DNA of 64,000 nt from a virus. The notes under the pieces are model-generated. The model made no database searches, was not told the origin of the DNA, and saw nothing but the letters and a program-made list of their open reading frames with translations. Position 1 is the first letter of the stretch; every line of letters starts with the position of its first letter. Below are positions 10,112-21,077 of this stretch, one piece after another. The DNA is taken from IMG/VR virus record IMGVR_UViG_3300033144_003548; one strand, 5' to 3'. The position numbers and the translations under genes are program-made.

Positions 10112-10989
10112 TAAGAAAGATTTATATACTCTCAGCGAGTTCTTAATTAAGGAACATATCGGTTCACTATCACCTGAAACAAATGAAGTTCTTATCAATC
10201 TTTCATTTAGACTTGGGCAAATAAAGCTCAAAGATATACCAGAGGAAGTAGAGGATGAATTGTTTGCCTACATAAAGGCAGTGGACTTGGTTGCAAAAAC
10301 TAATACTTGTCATCAGATGTTAGTATTAAAAAAATTAGGGGAGGCAGTCGGTGTCGAGGAAAAGTGAAATAACCCAAAGACTAAAAGAAATAAGTAAAGC
10401 TATGCAGCCTCTTACTGAGGAAGAAATGAATCTCAACCAGGAGCTTAAAGACCTCAGAGTAAAGGAAATGCTTGACTCTGGAGTTCTCAGCCAAATCAAG
10501 TGGAAATTTACCATCAATCAAAAAGAGGGTAGTGTGCTACTTGAAGGTCCAAGGCGCTATGAACCAAAAGAACTTTTTGCCCCATCTGATTGGGAACACG
10601 ATCACATCACTGTGGGCAAAGCCGAGATTATTTACTCCGATGGTGAAGCCTACATTAGATTCGATAGCATTAAACTATTCAAACACTACAAAGAGAAGTG
10701 GAATCTCGATGTTGACTACTCTGCACTTGAAGAGGCTATGGCTACAGCAAAGGAAACTTTCGAGGATTTGCAAGAATTGAAAGAGGGTATCAGATGAAAA
10801 TAAAAAAAGTTAATCTCACTGACCAGCTTAGAATAAGGATTGCCGATGGTGAAACTGATGGTAAACCATTTGTAGTGGGTGTATTAGCTAGTGGTGATGA
10901 AATGGGCGTAGTGGTTGAGTTTGATGATGAGACATACCTAGCACCCACTGAGGAAATTATCAAGGAAATAATAAAGTTCAGAGGTAAAA

Positions 10990-11598
10990 ATGCTGAATCT
11001 TAGAGAACTCTGCAAAGTAGATATTCCAGAAGGTAGAAGCGGTGAGTGGTATGTAGAAAAGTTTGAGGTTAAAGATGATATTGAAAGAACAATCTTTAAT
11101 CTGCACGCAGGGGGTAGGAGCGTACCAGTTGGCATTTACACTCGCTTATGTAAAGATAGAAGCTTTAATAATCCAATAATGTCCGATACTCCTGCCGAGA
11201 TATATGACCACGCAGAAGCAATTTATAAGATACAGAATTATGGTGGCAGGATTTTAATAAATGGTCTAGGACTCGGTTGTATCGTAAAGGCTGCCCTATC
11301 ATTCCCTAATGTAGAACGAGTAGATGTTGTGGAGCTAGAACAAGATGTTATTAATCTTATTGCACCACATTACACAGACCCAAGAGTTCATATCTACCAC
11401 GATGATGCCTACACAATAAAGTGGGATAAGACTGACAGATGGACGGTTGCGTGGCACGATATTTGGGCAAACATTTGTTCTGATAACCTAGAGGGGATGG
11501 GCAAGTTACATCGTAGATATGGTCACAGAGTTCAGTGGCAAGGTTCTTGGTCTAAGGCGGAGTGCTTATATCAAAGACGCAGAGATAGTTGGTGGTAG
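10990..11598 (+). CDS. Class I SAM-dependent methyltransferase (spermidine synthase-like)
   Basis: ILINGLGLG, VDVVELEQDVINL, WHDIW. Confidence 0.75.
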   Translation: MLNLRELCKVDIPEGRSGEWYVEKFEVKDDIERTIFNLHAGGRSVPVGIYTRLCKDRSFNNPIMSDTPAEIYDHAEAIYKIQNYGGRILINGLGLGCIVKAALSFPNVERVDVVELEQDVINLIAPHYTDPRVHIYHDDAYTIKWDKTDRWTVAWHDIWANICSDNLEGMGKLHRRYGHRVQWQGSWSKAECLYQRRRDSWW

Positions 11599-11614
11599 TG
11601 CAAACACAAAAGAC

Positions 11615-11643
11615 TTGACAATTAGATTGATTTGTTGTATAAT
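11615..11643 (+). promoter_or_regulatory. sigma70-type promoter
   Basis: TTGACA-17nt-TATAAT upstream of SD GGAGG and ATG 11661. Confidence 0.8.
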
Positions 11644-11660
11644 AATATTGGAGGATAAAA

Positions 11661-11942
11661 ATGAGCAGTTTTGGTGAAGCTGATAAAGCAAGCAGAGTAA
11701 AATCAGGCAAGAGCGAAAAGAGTGAGTGGAAGGTTCTCGCTACTTTGGGTGAGATTCAAAAGAACAAAGCAGATACTTTGAAAATCACCAGGGTAAATTA
11801 TGCTGGTAAGGAGTTAGTCAATCTCCAGATATGGAGAAAGAACTCTGAAACTGGTAAAGTATTTCCGTTGAAAGATCAGAAACTCTCTTTTAATATTGAA
11901 CTGAAAGATAAAGTAGCTGAGGCAATATCAGCAGCAGAATGA
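11661..11942 (+). CDS. PC4/YdbC-like ssDNA-binding protein
   Basis: LKIT..NYAGKELVNLQIW pattern. Confidence 0.55.
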   Translation: MSSFGEADKASRVKSGKSEKSEWKVLATLGEIQKNKADTLKITRVNYAGKELVNLQIWRKNSETGKVFPLKDQKLSFNIELKDKVAEAISAAE

Positions 11943-12237
11943 TATACTATAAAGCACTTGACCCACAATTGAGGTCTCTAGGTTTAAAGAGGGCGAACCC
12001 TATTCAATACCTTGAGGGAAAATGGGTTTATCCTAGAGAAATGCCCGACCCAGGACAGTATACCAAAGGTGGGCTGTGGGTTGGGAAAAATCGGTCATTT
12101 ATACGCTGGATATGTAAATATATGCGTGAGAAGTATGACCGTGACGTTGTGGTTTATACTTGTGAAATTGGCAGAGTTCTTTGGGAATCCTGCAATCGGA
12201 TAAAGACTGACAAGGTTAAATTATTAGAGAGAGTCGT

Positions 12238-12690
12238 ATGACAAAAGAATCGTGGAACTATAAAGGATTACCCATAATTAAAAACAAGTACATTCCAGAC
12301 GATGCAATATTTATGCTTAGTGATTATCACGCTGGAGAATTGGTTCACGACTTTAAAAGTAGGAAAACCTATGTGGCAACTGACACGGGGAGACTTCAAA
12401 CGATAACTCCCAACATCCAAAACATCCCGAAAAACAGGGATGAAGATGAAAGTGTTTATCTGTGGGAAAAGTGCAGAGAAAGACAGCGAAATAGTAATTT
12501 TGGGTTGTGTGATACGTGTCACGAAAGGTTCAGATGTTGGACAGCTTGCTATCCTGAGATACGTATCTTTAAGGATGGAATGGAGCTACACCAAGCTGCA
12601 CAAACACTAACCAATATGATAAGAGCACAGGGCATCACGATGAGTGATCTTGAGAAAGCGGTGGCTATGGTTAGTGGGGTAAAGATATGA
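12238..12690 (+). CDS. Cys-module protein
   Basis: CDTCHERFRCWTAC. Confidence 0.7.
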   Translation: MTKESWNYKGLPIIKNKYIPDDAIFMLSDYHAGELVHDFKSRKTYVATDTGRLQTITPNIQNIPKNRDEDESVYLWEKCRERQRNSNFGLCDTCHERFRCWTACYPEIRIFKDGMELHQAAQTLTNMIRAQGITMSDLEKAVAMVSGVKI

Positions 12691-12718
12691 AAATTTTGTG
12701 CGTAGAGTATCAACCATA

Positions 12719-14023
12719 ATGTATGACGTAATTATAGTCGGAGCTGGACCTGCTGGAATAGCGGCAGCTAATCGCTTAAAACTAAATACTCTTCTGATTG
12801 AAAAAGGTCAGAGCATAGATAAAAGAACGTCTAAGACATCAGGTTTTGGGGGTGCTGGTCTATTTTCTGATGGAAAGCTCATTTATTCCACTACAGTCGG
12901 TGGAAATTTATCGTCCTTGGTAGGAAATAATGTTACAGAAAAGTATTTAATGGATACGTTAAAATTATTTAATGTAACTTTACCAGAAGACGCTGCTGAA
13001 GAGGAAAATGAGTTAGTCAAAAAAGCTGCGGGTGTAGGATTAGATTTAGTAAAAACCAGTACGGTCCACCTAGGGACAGATGGTGTATTTAATTTTTCAA
13101 AGGATATGCTAAATAAATTAAATGCAAAAATTCAGATCGGGACGGCAGTAACCTGCGTATACAAACATCCAAGAGGTTACTTTGAGGTCAATACTAACCG
13201 AGGTAACCATTACGAGTGTAAATATCTTATTCTCGCCCCTGGTCGTGAAGGTGCAGAATGGTTAAGCGAAGAACTAACCCACGATCTCAAGATAAAGAAC
13301 GTAGGTAATCGAGTTGATTTGGGTATAAGAATGGAGTTGCCTAGCACAGTAGTAGAAAGGTTAATAAACTTTGCTCACGACTTCAAACTCTATTACTACC
13401 CTAAACCATTCGATGACCAAGTAAGAACATTCTGCGTCTGCCCTGGTGGACACGTTGTACGTGAGAACTACGATACGTTGATAACCTGTAATGGGCATAG
13501 TTACTCAAAAGATAGAACCAATAACACCAACTTTGCTATTTTAGTGTCTATTCCCTTCGGAAATCCAATAGACCCGATAAAATATGGTAAATCAATCGTA
13601 TCGTTAGCAAATAACATATCAGATGGTGGGGTGATCATTCAGAGGCTAACGGATTTAGAGCAAGGAAGAAGAACAACGAAGGAGAGGTTGAGTAAAAGCG
13701 TGGTGAAACCGACATTGGAGAACCCGTTTGCGGGTGATTTATCTCTAGTGATTCCCCACCGATACCTAAACGATATATTTGGTATGTTAAAAACTATGGA
13801 TAAACTTACTCCAGGGATTATGATGGGGGACAACCTGCTCTATGGAGTGGAAGTAAAGTTTTACTCAAATATAATCAAACTAAGCAACCAACTCGAAACC
13901 GATGTCCATAATTTATTCTGTATAGGTGATGGGAGTGGGGTATCAAGGGGTATACTTCAAGCGGCTGCGAGTGGTTTGATTGTTGCAGATGCAATAAATG
14001 GGAGGGAAGATGGAAATACCTAA
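12719..14023 (+). CDS. FAD-dependent oxidoreductase (COG2509-like)
   Basis: YDVIIVGAGPAG, GFGGAGLFSDGKL, RTFCVCPGG, IGDGSGVSRG. Confidence 0.85.
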   Translation: MYDVIIVGAGPAGIAAANRLKLNTLLIEKGQSIDKRTSKTSGFGGAGLFSDGKLIYSTTVGGNLSSLVGNNVTEKYLMDTLKLFNVTLPEDAAEEENELVKKAAGVGLDLVKTSTVHLGTDGVFNFSKDMLNKLNAKIQIGTAVTCVYKHPRGYFEVNTNRGNHYECKYLILAPGREGAEWLSEELTHDLKIKNVGNRVDLGIRMELPSTVVERLINFAHDFKLYYYPKPFDDQVRTFCVCPGGHVVRENYDTLITCNGHSYSKDRTNNTNFAILVSIPFGNPIDPIKYGKSIVSLANNISDGGVIIQRLTDLEQGRRTTKERLSKSVVKPTLENPFAGDLSLVIPHRYLNDIFGMLKTMDKLTPGIMMGDNLLYGVEVKFYSNIIKLSNQLETDVHNLFCIGDGSGVSRGILQAAASGLIVADAINGREDGNT

Positions 14024-14275
14024 AGAGTATCAAGACTTTTGTAAGGAAGTTGGGAAGCTGGCGAGGAAGTATAAATTGTCAGAGTTTAGAGGGGAATTCA
14101 GACCACCCATTCGTGCTGACTGGCATTCAATGATTAGTTTTAGCTGGACACAGGGCAGGCACGGAGCAGAGGCAGGAAACATTTCTATAAATTCCCAAGT
14201 TTGGGTAAACAGTACAATTGATGAGGAAAATGAAAGAGGATAAAGGTTACGCTACCAAACGAGGAACGAGAACGA

Positions 14276-14749
14276 ATGAGGCAAGCTTATCCTCCACCAA
14301 AGAAAGCTACGTTCTCAAAAGCGATGGCAATCTGGAAATCTGTGCCCGATTTCGGGTCTGACTTTGGACCTGAACCAGACATCTTCAGCACGACTGTGCC
14401 AGATAATAAAGAGCTTCAAAAGATAATGCAAGAGTTGATGAAGATGCAAAAATGGCAACCGAGTGGTGGTTATGCTAAGATTGAACCAGAGGAAGATAAG
14501 GAAGCGAAAGAGGCTGCAAAGTTAAAGAGGTTTATGACTATGTGTTTTAATCGCACAACGGATTTTACCAAGTGTGATTATTGTGAATTCAGATTTAGAT
14601 GTTTTACCGAAGTAACAAAAAGGAAGAAAGATGGAACTAATAACAATCAACAGCGAGAACGGGAAGATACTCCGAAAAAAATCTCACCAAGTGTCTTTAA
14701 ACTCAGACCTAAAAACCCTGGCAGAAGAGTTATCAAGGGTTCTAAATGA
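14276..14749 (+). CDS. Cys-module protein
   Basis: CFNRTTDFTKCDYCEFRFRCFTEV. Confidence 0.7.
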   Translation: MRQAYPPPKKATFSKAMAIWKSVPDFGSDFGPEPDIFSTTVPDNKELQKIMQELMKMQKWQPSGGYAKIEPEEDKEAKEAAKLKRFMTMCFNRTTDFTKCDYCEFRFRCFTEVTKRKKDGTNNNQQREREDTPKKISPSVFKLRPKNPGRRVIKGSK

Positions 14750-15119
14750 GAAGCAAGGTCAAGGGTTGGCAGCTCCACAACTAGGTGAGCTAGTCCGTGT
14801 CTTTGTGATGAAGTATAGGGGTAAGGATTTAGTAGTAGTAAATCCTACTTTGAAGCATAAAAAAGGTGCGTGGAAAGTGGTTGAGCGGTGTTTCAGCATA
14901 CCTGAAAAATGGTATGAAGTGAAACGACCACAATCAATGACACTATTTGGAACTGATTTAGATGGTGGGGGGATAAAGATTAAATGCGACCATATTCTCT
15001 CGTCTGTTGTTGAACACGAAGTTGACCATCTGTCAGGCATCTTAATTGACAAAAAAGGGAAGGAAGTGCAGGCAGAGAAAGACAAACCTCTAGCCTATCC
15101 TAAGTTGGCTTACGCATAA
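14631..15119 (+). CDS. def: Peptide deformylase
   Basis: GQGLAAPQLG, ERCFSIP, HEVDHLSG. Confidence 0.9.
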   Translation: MELITINSENGKILRKKSHQVSLNSDLKTLAEELSRVLNEKQGQGLAAPQLGELVRVFVMKYRGKDLVVVNPTLKHKKGAWKVVERCFSIPEKWYEVKRPQSMTLFGTDLDGGGIKIKCDHILSSVVEHEVDHLSGILIDKKGKEVQAEKDKPLAYPKLAYA

Positions 15120-15452
15120 TGAACAAGTATGGATTTAGTGGAGAACTACCAATAAAGACAAATGGTGGGCAGGTAGTTGCCACATCGTTCAATCGCATTG
15201 TTCACGGTAAGCGTGGTGCGTATGTCGAATTTTTAGATGAACAGATAAACAAGGAAGCAATTGAACTTCCAGAGGGGTCGGAGTGGAGATTAGACAATGA
15301 ACACCCTGCTGGAAAAATGTGTTACTTTGTGTTATACTGTCCAAAAGGAGAAAAGATAAGAATATATCACCAGAAACGTGTGGTAGATTACGCTGATTAT
15401 GTAATAGGTAGGTGGTATATTGCTCCTAAATGCTTACAAGGATTTGAGGTAA

Positions 15453-15953
15453 TTGGTAGATATGATAGTAATTGACCCAAATAATTTTAATTTTGAGGAA
15501 CTGGAAAAAGATGGAAAGATAGTCGCAGTATCGGGTTATTTTGATCCGCCCACACCTACTCATCTTATCTACTTTAGGGCAGCAAAGGAACTTGGGAAGT
15601 GGCTAGTCGTTATATTGAACACCGATGAACAATTATTAATGAAGCGAAAAGGGACTCCACTTGAAGGCAAGATAAGATATGAATGGTGGGACAGAGCATT
15701 TATCGTGAACGAATTTAAAACAGTCAATCTGGTTGTAAGGTCAATTGATGAGGGAAGAGGTATAGCAGAAACTATAAGAGCAATTAAACCCAACATCTTT
15801 GCGAAGGGTGGGGATAGAAACCCAAAAGATAATCCTATCCCCCAAGAAGAAATAGATGTTTGTAAGGAAGTAGGTTGCGAGATTGTGTATGGTGTGGGTG
15901 GTGACAAAGATAGTAAGACACATTCAAGTTCTTGGTATAATTGGGAAAGCTAA
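15453..15953 (+). CDS. Cytidylyltransferase-like protein (HIGH superfamily)
   Basis: VAVSGYFDP, AKELG..LVVILN.D, FAKGGDR, HSSSW. Confidence 0.8.
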   Translation: MVDMIVIDPNNFNFEELEKDGKIVAVSGYFDPPTPTHLIYFRAAKELGKWLVVILNTDEQLLMKRKGTPLEGKIRYEWWDRAFIVNEFKTVNLVVRSIDEGRGIAETIRAIKPNIFAKGGDRNPKDNPIPQEEIDVCKEVGCEIVYGVGGDKDSKTHSSSWYNWES

Positions 15954-17326
15954 TGGAAATAATTAGAAGACTGGCAAAAAAGTTTAATACAGCAGGTTAC
16001 GAACTTTTTGAAGTTGGTGGTCACGTTAGAGATTCTCTGATTGGCAGAGAATCTTATGATATTGACCTAACTACTAATGCCAGACCAAAGGTGATTAAAT
16101 CTTTGGTAAGGGGCTTTGGTAGCGTCTACGATGTTGGTGAGAAGTTTGGAACAATTGGTCTGATGGTAGATGAACAGCTAATTGAAATCACCACCTACAG
16201 AAAGGAAGTTTATGCAAACAATTCTCGCAAACCACAGGTAACCTTTGGCAATAATCTAATAGATGACCTATCTAGGAGAGATTTTACCATAAATGCTATT
16301 GCCCGTAACCCATTGACCGAGGGTATCGTTGATCCATTTGGTGGAATTAAAGACATCGAGGCAAGGACTATCAGGTGTGTTGGTAACGATGATGAGAGAT
16401 TTAATGAAGACCCTCTAAGAATGATGAGGGCAGTTAGATTTGCGTGTCAGCTAGGTTTCAGAATGGAAGTGAGAGTTAACCATCCAGAGAGGCTTCGCAT
16501 CATCTCCAATGAAAGAATCAGAGATGAGCTATCCAAAATATTGCTGTCTCTAAAACCAGGTTTTGGTATCAGGAGATTGTGCAGTATGAAGCTTATGGAT
16601 TATATTTTTCCAGAATTTATAAACCTGAAAAATATAGAGCAAGGCAAAAATCACATCAAAGATGCTTTCCATCACTCTCTAATGGTTCTGGATAAAGGTG
16701 CAAGAATTGACCACAAGGAATACAATCTTGAGTTCAGACTCGCTTGCCTACTGCACGACATAGCTAAACCAGAAACAAAGACTGAGGATGAAACTGGCGT
16801 TCACTTCTATGGTCATCATTTCGTTGGTTCTAAGAAAGCTAGAAAGGCTCTTAGGAGACTTAAATATGATAATGATACCATAGATAGAGTATGCCATTTA
16901 ATCAAGTATCATATGACCCCAATTATGTTACAGAAGGAACTTGTTGCAGGTGAGATACGTAAAAGAGTTATAATGAGGATGATTAGAAAAATCGGAGAGA
17001 GTAATATTTACTTGCTACTTGACTTGGTTAAGTGTGATATTCGTTCTTCAAAAAACTCAAGATACAAATTTATAAATGTTTTGACTACGATGGTTGATGA
17101 GTGTATGAAAGAGCAGCCAGAATCTCTCGTTTCACCATTAGACGGTGACGAGATTATGGAACTTTACAACCTAAGACCTTCCCGTGCCGTTGGTAAAATC
17201 AAAACCTACTTGACTAATCTTGTTGTAGATGGTAAAATAGATAAGGAAGATAAAGAGGCTGCTAAAGAAAAAGCTATGGAATATATTAAGACCCAACTAA
17301 TTGAGGAGATAATGAACGGTGAGTGA
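15941..17326 (+). CDS. cca: CCA-adding tRNA nucleotidyltransferase with HD domain
   Basis: VGGHVRDSL, DIDLTT, DLSRRDFTINA, EDPLRMMRAVRF, LLHDIAKP. Confidence 0.9.
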   Translation: MGKLMEIIRRLAKKFNTAGYELFEVGGHVRDSLIGRESYDIDLTTNARPKVIKSLVRGFGSVYDVGEKFGTIGLMVDEQLIEITTYRKEVYANNSRKPQVTFGNNLIDDLSRRDFTINAIARNPLTEGIVDPFGGIKDIEARTIRCVGNDDERFNEDPLRMMRAVRFACQLGFRMEVRVNHPERLRIISNERIRDELSKILLSLKPGFGIRRLCSMKLMDYIFPEFINLKNIEQGKNHIKDAFHHSLMVLDKGARIDHKEYNLEFRLACLLHDIAKPETKTEDETGVHFYGHHFVGSKKARKALRRLKYDNDTIDRVCHLIKYHMTPIMLQKELVAGEIRKRVIMRMIRKIGESNIYLLLDLVKCDIRSSKNSRYKFINVLTTMVDECMKEQPESLVSPLDGDEIMELYNLRPSRAVGKIKTYLTNLVVDGKIDKEDKEAAKEKAMEYIKTQLIEEIMNGE

Positions 17327-17575
17327 GATAGATTCTTTTAAGGAGGATTATATCAAGGGTTATGTTGACCCTTATATTAATAGGTTGCTTGACCTTAGAA
17401 ATATCATTAAAAACGCAACAAGCTATGGTGAGATTGCTAAGGCATTAGATCGTGAGAAGGCGGCGTTAAGAACAGCGTTTCCAGAATTGATAGAAAGGAA
17501 AAATGCCCAAAAGGACACTCAAACCAATACCTAAACCACCTGTAGCTCCACCAAAAGAGCCTACGGAAAAGGAGA

Positions 17576-17959
17576 TTGAGGAGGCACGTAAGGGTGGCAA
17601 AGATAAGAAGAATCGTGTGCATTAGTTGTGGTAACACGGAAGAATTTATCGTGGACTCCACACGTAATTGCGTTGGTGCTACTTTACGATTTAATGAAGA
17701 CGGTAGTGCTGAATTAGATGATTCCTTTGCCCAGGATGTTGATATATTTCCAGGGCATTGTGCTATTTGTGGTGCAGAGATAGGTTATGATGCCACCTAC
17801 AGTCAACCAAAAAGTGGAGTGTTTGGTTGGATATTGGACAAGAAAAATGAAGCAGTCTGTAACAAATGTGAAAGACGCTTCGAATGCTTTACTGAAAGGA
17901 ATGGTGATAAACCTTGTCTTGGTTTTAGATTCAAAGAGGAATTTGCAGAAGTAGAATGA
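17576..17959 (+). CDS. Zn-ribbon plus Cys-module protein
   Basis: CISC, CAIC, CNKCERRFECFTER. Confidence 0.7.
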   Translation: MRRHVRVAKIRRIVCISCGNTEEFIVDSTRNCVGATLRFNEDGSAELDDSFAQDVDIFPGHCAICGAEIGYDATYSQPKSGVFGWILDKKNEAVCNKCERRFECFTERNGDKPCLGFRFKEEFAEVE

Positions 17960-18282
17960 AATGTGATGAGTGCGAATATAGATTTATTTGTTTTACGACC
18001 AAAGAAAGACCTATCAGGGTAAAAATAAATTGGCAACTAACCAACAGTTGTTCGAGGTGTCGGTACGCTGATTTTACTGCTTCTTATGGTGACCATACTA
18101 AAAGAGTGGTGACTGTATGTAAAAAGAAAAATTGGTTAGTTCACCAAAAATCTTCTTGCAGTGAATTTGAACCAAAAGACGTGAAAGAAATTGACAAGGT
18201 ATATGCTGAACTGCGGGCTGAATTAAATAAAAAGAACCGTAGAAGTAAATTACCAAAGTATTGTGAGTTAGATGAAGATTGA
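17956..18282 (+). CDS. Cys-module protein, paralog of the next gene
   Basis: MKCDECEYRFICFTTK; ends LPKYC. Confidence 0.7.
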   Translation: MKCDECEYRFICFTTKERPIRVKINWQLTNSCSRCRYADFTASYGDHTKRVVTVCKKKNWLVHQKSSCSEFEPKDVKEIDKVYAELRAELNKKNRRSKLPKYCELDED

Positions 18283-18745
18283 AAAGCTAACCTATAATAG
18301 TAACGTAATTGGGTATGATAAAGATGACGACTTTGAAGATGAAGAAGCTGATGACCAATATGAGCTAAGACAAAAGCTCTATAAGCTTGTAAAGAGATGT
18401 GAGAGATGTAAATTTCGTTTCAAGTGTTACACTCAGAATACGGCAGATAGACCTGAACAGCTTAAAGGCATCAACTTTGAAGTTGCAAAGTGCTGTATAA
18501 GATGCACTCACGGACACTTTAGGAGAGGGAAAGACCAATACAGGAGAGTTGGTAAATGTAGCATACACAAAGTTTCTGTTCACCAATTCTCTTACTGTGA
18601 TAATTTCAATCCTAAACGAGTAGACAACCTAACATATGTTGTCTATGATGAGATAAAGAAAGAAATGGAATTTTTGACACCTAATTTTGGGTTACCAAGA
18701 TATTGTATAGTTGATAAAAAGCATCTGGAGGTTAAATATGGCTAA
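18272..18745 (+). CDS. Cys-module protein, paralog of the previous gene
   Basis: CERCKFRFKCYTQN; LPRYC. Confidence 0.7.
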   Translation: MKIEKLTYNSNVIGYDKDDDFEDEEADDQYELRQKLYKLVKRCERCKFRFKCYTQNTADRPEQLKGINFEVAKCCIRCTHGHFRRGKDQYRRVGKCSIHKVSVHQFSYCDNFNPKRVDNLTYVVYDEIKKEMEFLTPNFGLPRYCIVDKKHLEVKYG

Positions 18746-19364
18746 GTTAGTTCCAAATACTTGCGTAAATTGTCACACACCTGTTGGTTATGTAACTGAA
18801 GAAGCCCTTCAAATACCAACAATGTGTGTTGCGTGTGCTGCCGATCCAGAGGTGATGGAGGAGTGGGGGCACGAACCAATCGGGCAACCAAAAGAAGTAT
18901 TAAAATATTATAGAAGTAAAGCTAATAAACTTTCTGTTTGAGGTAGCTATGTTCGATGAACTGACCAATGATGAATTAAAGGTATTGGCTGATGCAGTCA
19001 ATTTTATATTGAACTCTGGCGCTTATGAAAATGTGCTATCTATGGGACTCGTAGAAAAAGCACTAGATTCTCAGATAGAAACCTTAGAGGAGGCTTTCAA
19101 TAAGCTCAAGACAGCAAATAAAGAACGCAACGGGATAGATATGGATGAAGAAGAGGAATGTTCTGATGAACTTTACCTCGACCTGAAAGAAGGTGGTTCA
19201 CTTGAGGAAGTGAAAAGAATAAACACTCCAGAGTTCTTTGACGAGCTAAAAAGAGCGGGGTTTCCTGATAAGGATAAATACCAAGTCATTTGCAAAAAAT
19301 GTTTGGCTAAGAAATATGGGGTAGACCCACACGAATTTGATTTTATTCAAACATTTGGGGAGGA

Positions 19365-19994
19365 ATGATGGGTATAGATAGTTGGCAGTCAAATTATAAT
19401 AGATTCCAGAAACTCTTTCATAAAGGTGAACAGGTTGTCGTAGGCTTTCGAGAAGACTACACTCACGGATACATAACCAAAATAGACGAGACAGGGTTTG
19501 GGTTATTTCAATTGAACAAACCTAAAGAGTATTGGTATGATTGGAATCATTTCGAATTTATTTCACATCCTGGTTTTAGGTTTAAGAAACTTCCCAATAT
19601 CGGTGAAGAGTGGATTGATAATGTTAATCTATTTACTATTAAATTGATGGATGAGTTCACCGAATTTCCGCTTGAACATATGATAGAACGGGATCTTGCC
19701 ATCCATTACCAGTTTCATAATTCAAATGACATCATAGCGTGCATAAACAAATTTAGAGTTCTGCCAACAGATTTTCAAAACTTTGAAGCTGGTTCTCCTT
19801 GGGGTAAGCTAGAATTGCGAGTACATACAAACGAAGCAGAGTTGGTAGCACACCAACAATTCTTACAAACCTTGCCCACAGTGCGTGGCGACTTTGACAT
19901 ACTCAAAGCTTACTTCTTCAACGATGATAAGATACGTTTTACTAATTTAGCGGGAACTGCATCAAAAGAAGTGAGGGATAATGAAGAACTTTAG
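19365..19994 (+). CDS. Hypothetical protein, last gene of the + arm
   Basis: 209 aa ORF with SD GGAGG. Confidence 0.55.
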   Translation: MMGIDSWQSNYNRFQKLFHKGEQVVVGFREDYTHGYITKIDETGFGLFQLNKPKEYWYDWNHFEFISHPGFRFKKLPNIGEEWIDNVNLFTIKLMDEFTEFPLEHMIERDLAIHYQFHNSNDIIACINKFRVLPTDFQNFEAGSPWGKLELRVHTNEAELVAHQQFLQTLPTVRGDFDILKAYFFNDDKIRFTNLAGTASKEVRDNEEL

Positions 19995-20072
19995 CCCGCA
20001 CTTTTCGCAGTCGGTGGGTTGGCAATCGTATATATCAGTTTCACCATAGTTATTTTCTACTTTGAGACGCAT
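19962..20072 (-). pseudogene. Truncated Cys-module gene
   Basis: SD GGAGG; MRLKVENNYGETDIYDCQPTDCEKCGLKFF, then the final C[FYW]T is missing. Confidence 0.5.
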
Positions 20073-20384
20073 ATAACCTCCACTATAATTGCCTTAGCGT
20101 GAGACATAGCATAACCATCTTTACTCTTCCAAACATTGAATCCAACATTCTCAACTGCCTCATCTGTATACCAGGGGTCGCCAGAACTAACGTAACTTCT
20201 GGTTGGCAGAGGATGAATTTGTGTAATTCTCATTATCTCTAGTTTGTATGTTATACTGAACGTAAGGAAGCAGAGATAAAATGGGAAACATTCTACAACG
20301 TAGTAAAGGGGAAAGCAAAACCTAATTTACTCTTTAGAGGATAAAGAAAAGAGAACACGAAAGCTTATTAACAAGGCATAATTA

Positions 20385-20407
20385 AACCCGTCTCATTGAG
20401 ACGGGTT
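20385..20407. terminator. Perfect inverted repeat near the convergent junction
   Basis: AACCCGTCTCA-T-TGAGACGGGTT with AT-rich flanks. Confidence 0.6.
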
Positions 20408-20477
20408 CTTTGTTAAAATAATTAATTAGGAATTTTTCCTCCACCCAGTGGACAAAAGTAAAGTTTAATTTAATATT

Positions 20478-21077
20478 TTAACTTACATCTAAAAATAATT
20501 TAACTGTATTTCCTTCCTGAGCTACCAGCAAGTTTCCTAGCTCCACGTATGACAAAATATCAGTTTCCTCAGCAAAATCTGCTGGAATCGGAACAATGTC
20601 TTGTGGTAGAACGTCAATACCACTTCTCCAGAAGAACTCGGCTACAGCTTCACTACAGATCATCTTTGGATCTCTCTTATATTTGTGAATAAGAGGTCGT
20701 TTTATCCCAAACTTTTCACGTAGCACACGCAAAGCTGCGTAACGAAGTGCTCCAAACCAATCATAAGATGCTTTGTTATCGCTTGCAACCTCGACTGCTT
20801 TCTTGATGAGCATCTTAATTTCCTTTTTAGTTAGATTGGGACGCATAACCACAACTCGTCTGCCGTCCTGGTGAGCGACATTTTGAATGACTACCCCACG
20901 ATTATCACTCTCAACTAATAAGGGAATGTCAGTAAACCCCACACCTAGATACATTTCTACGTGCTCATATCTGCCCATAGCCCATCTTTTAATCTTGGAA
21001 AAAGTATCTTGTCTATTATTCAAACAAACTAAGACATCACAAGCTTGCAGTTCAATCAAATCCATATTCGTATTCAA
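20478..21077 (-). CDS. Permuted papain-like (YiiX/NlpC-P60) hydrolase
   Basis: YEHVEMY precedes YD and MICSE (His before Cys). Confidence 0.7.
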   Translation of the reverse strand: MNTNMDLIELQACDVLVCLNNRQDTFSKIKRWAMGRYEHVEMYLGVGFTDIPLLVESDNRGVVIQNVAHQDGRRVVVMRPNLTKKEIKMLIKKAVEVASDNKASYDWFGALRYAALRVLREKFGIKRPLIHKYKRDPKMICSEAVAEFFWRSGIDVLPQDIVPIPADFAEETDILSYVELGNLLVAQEGNTVKLFLDVS

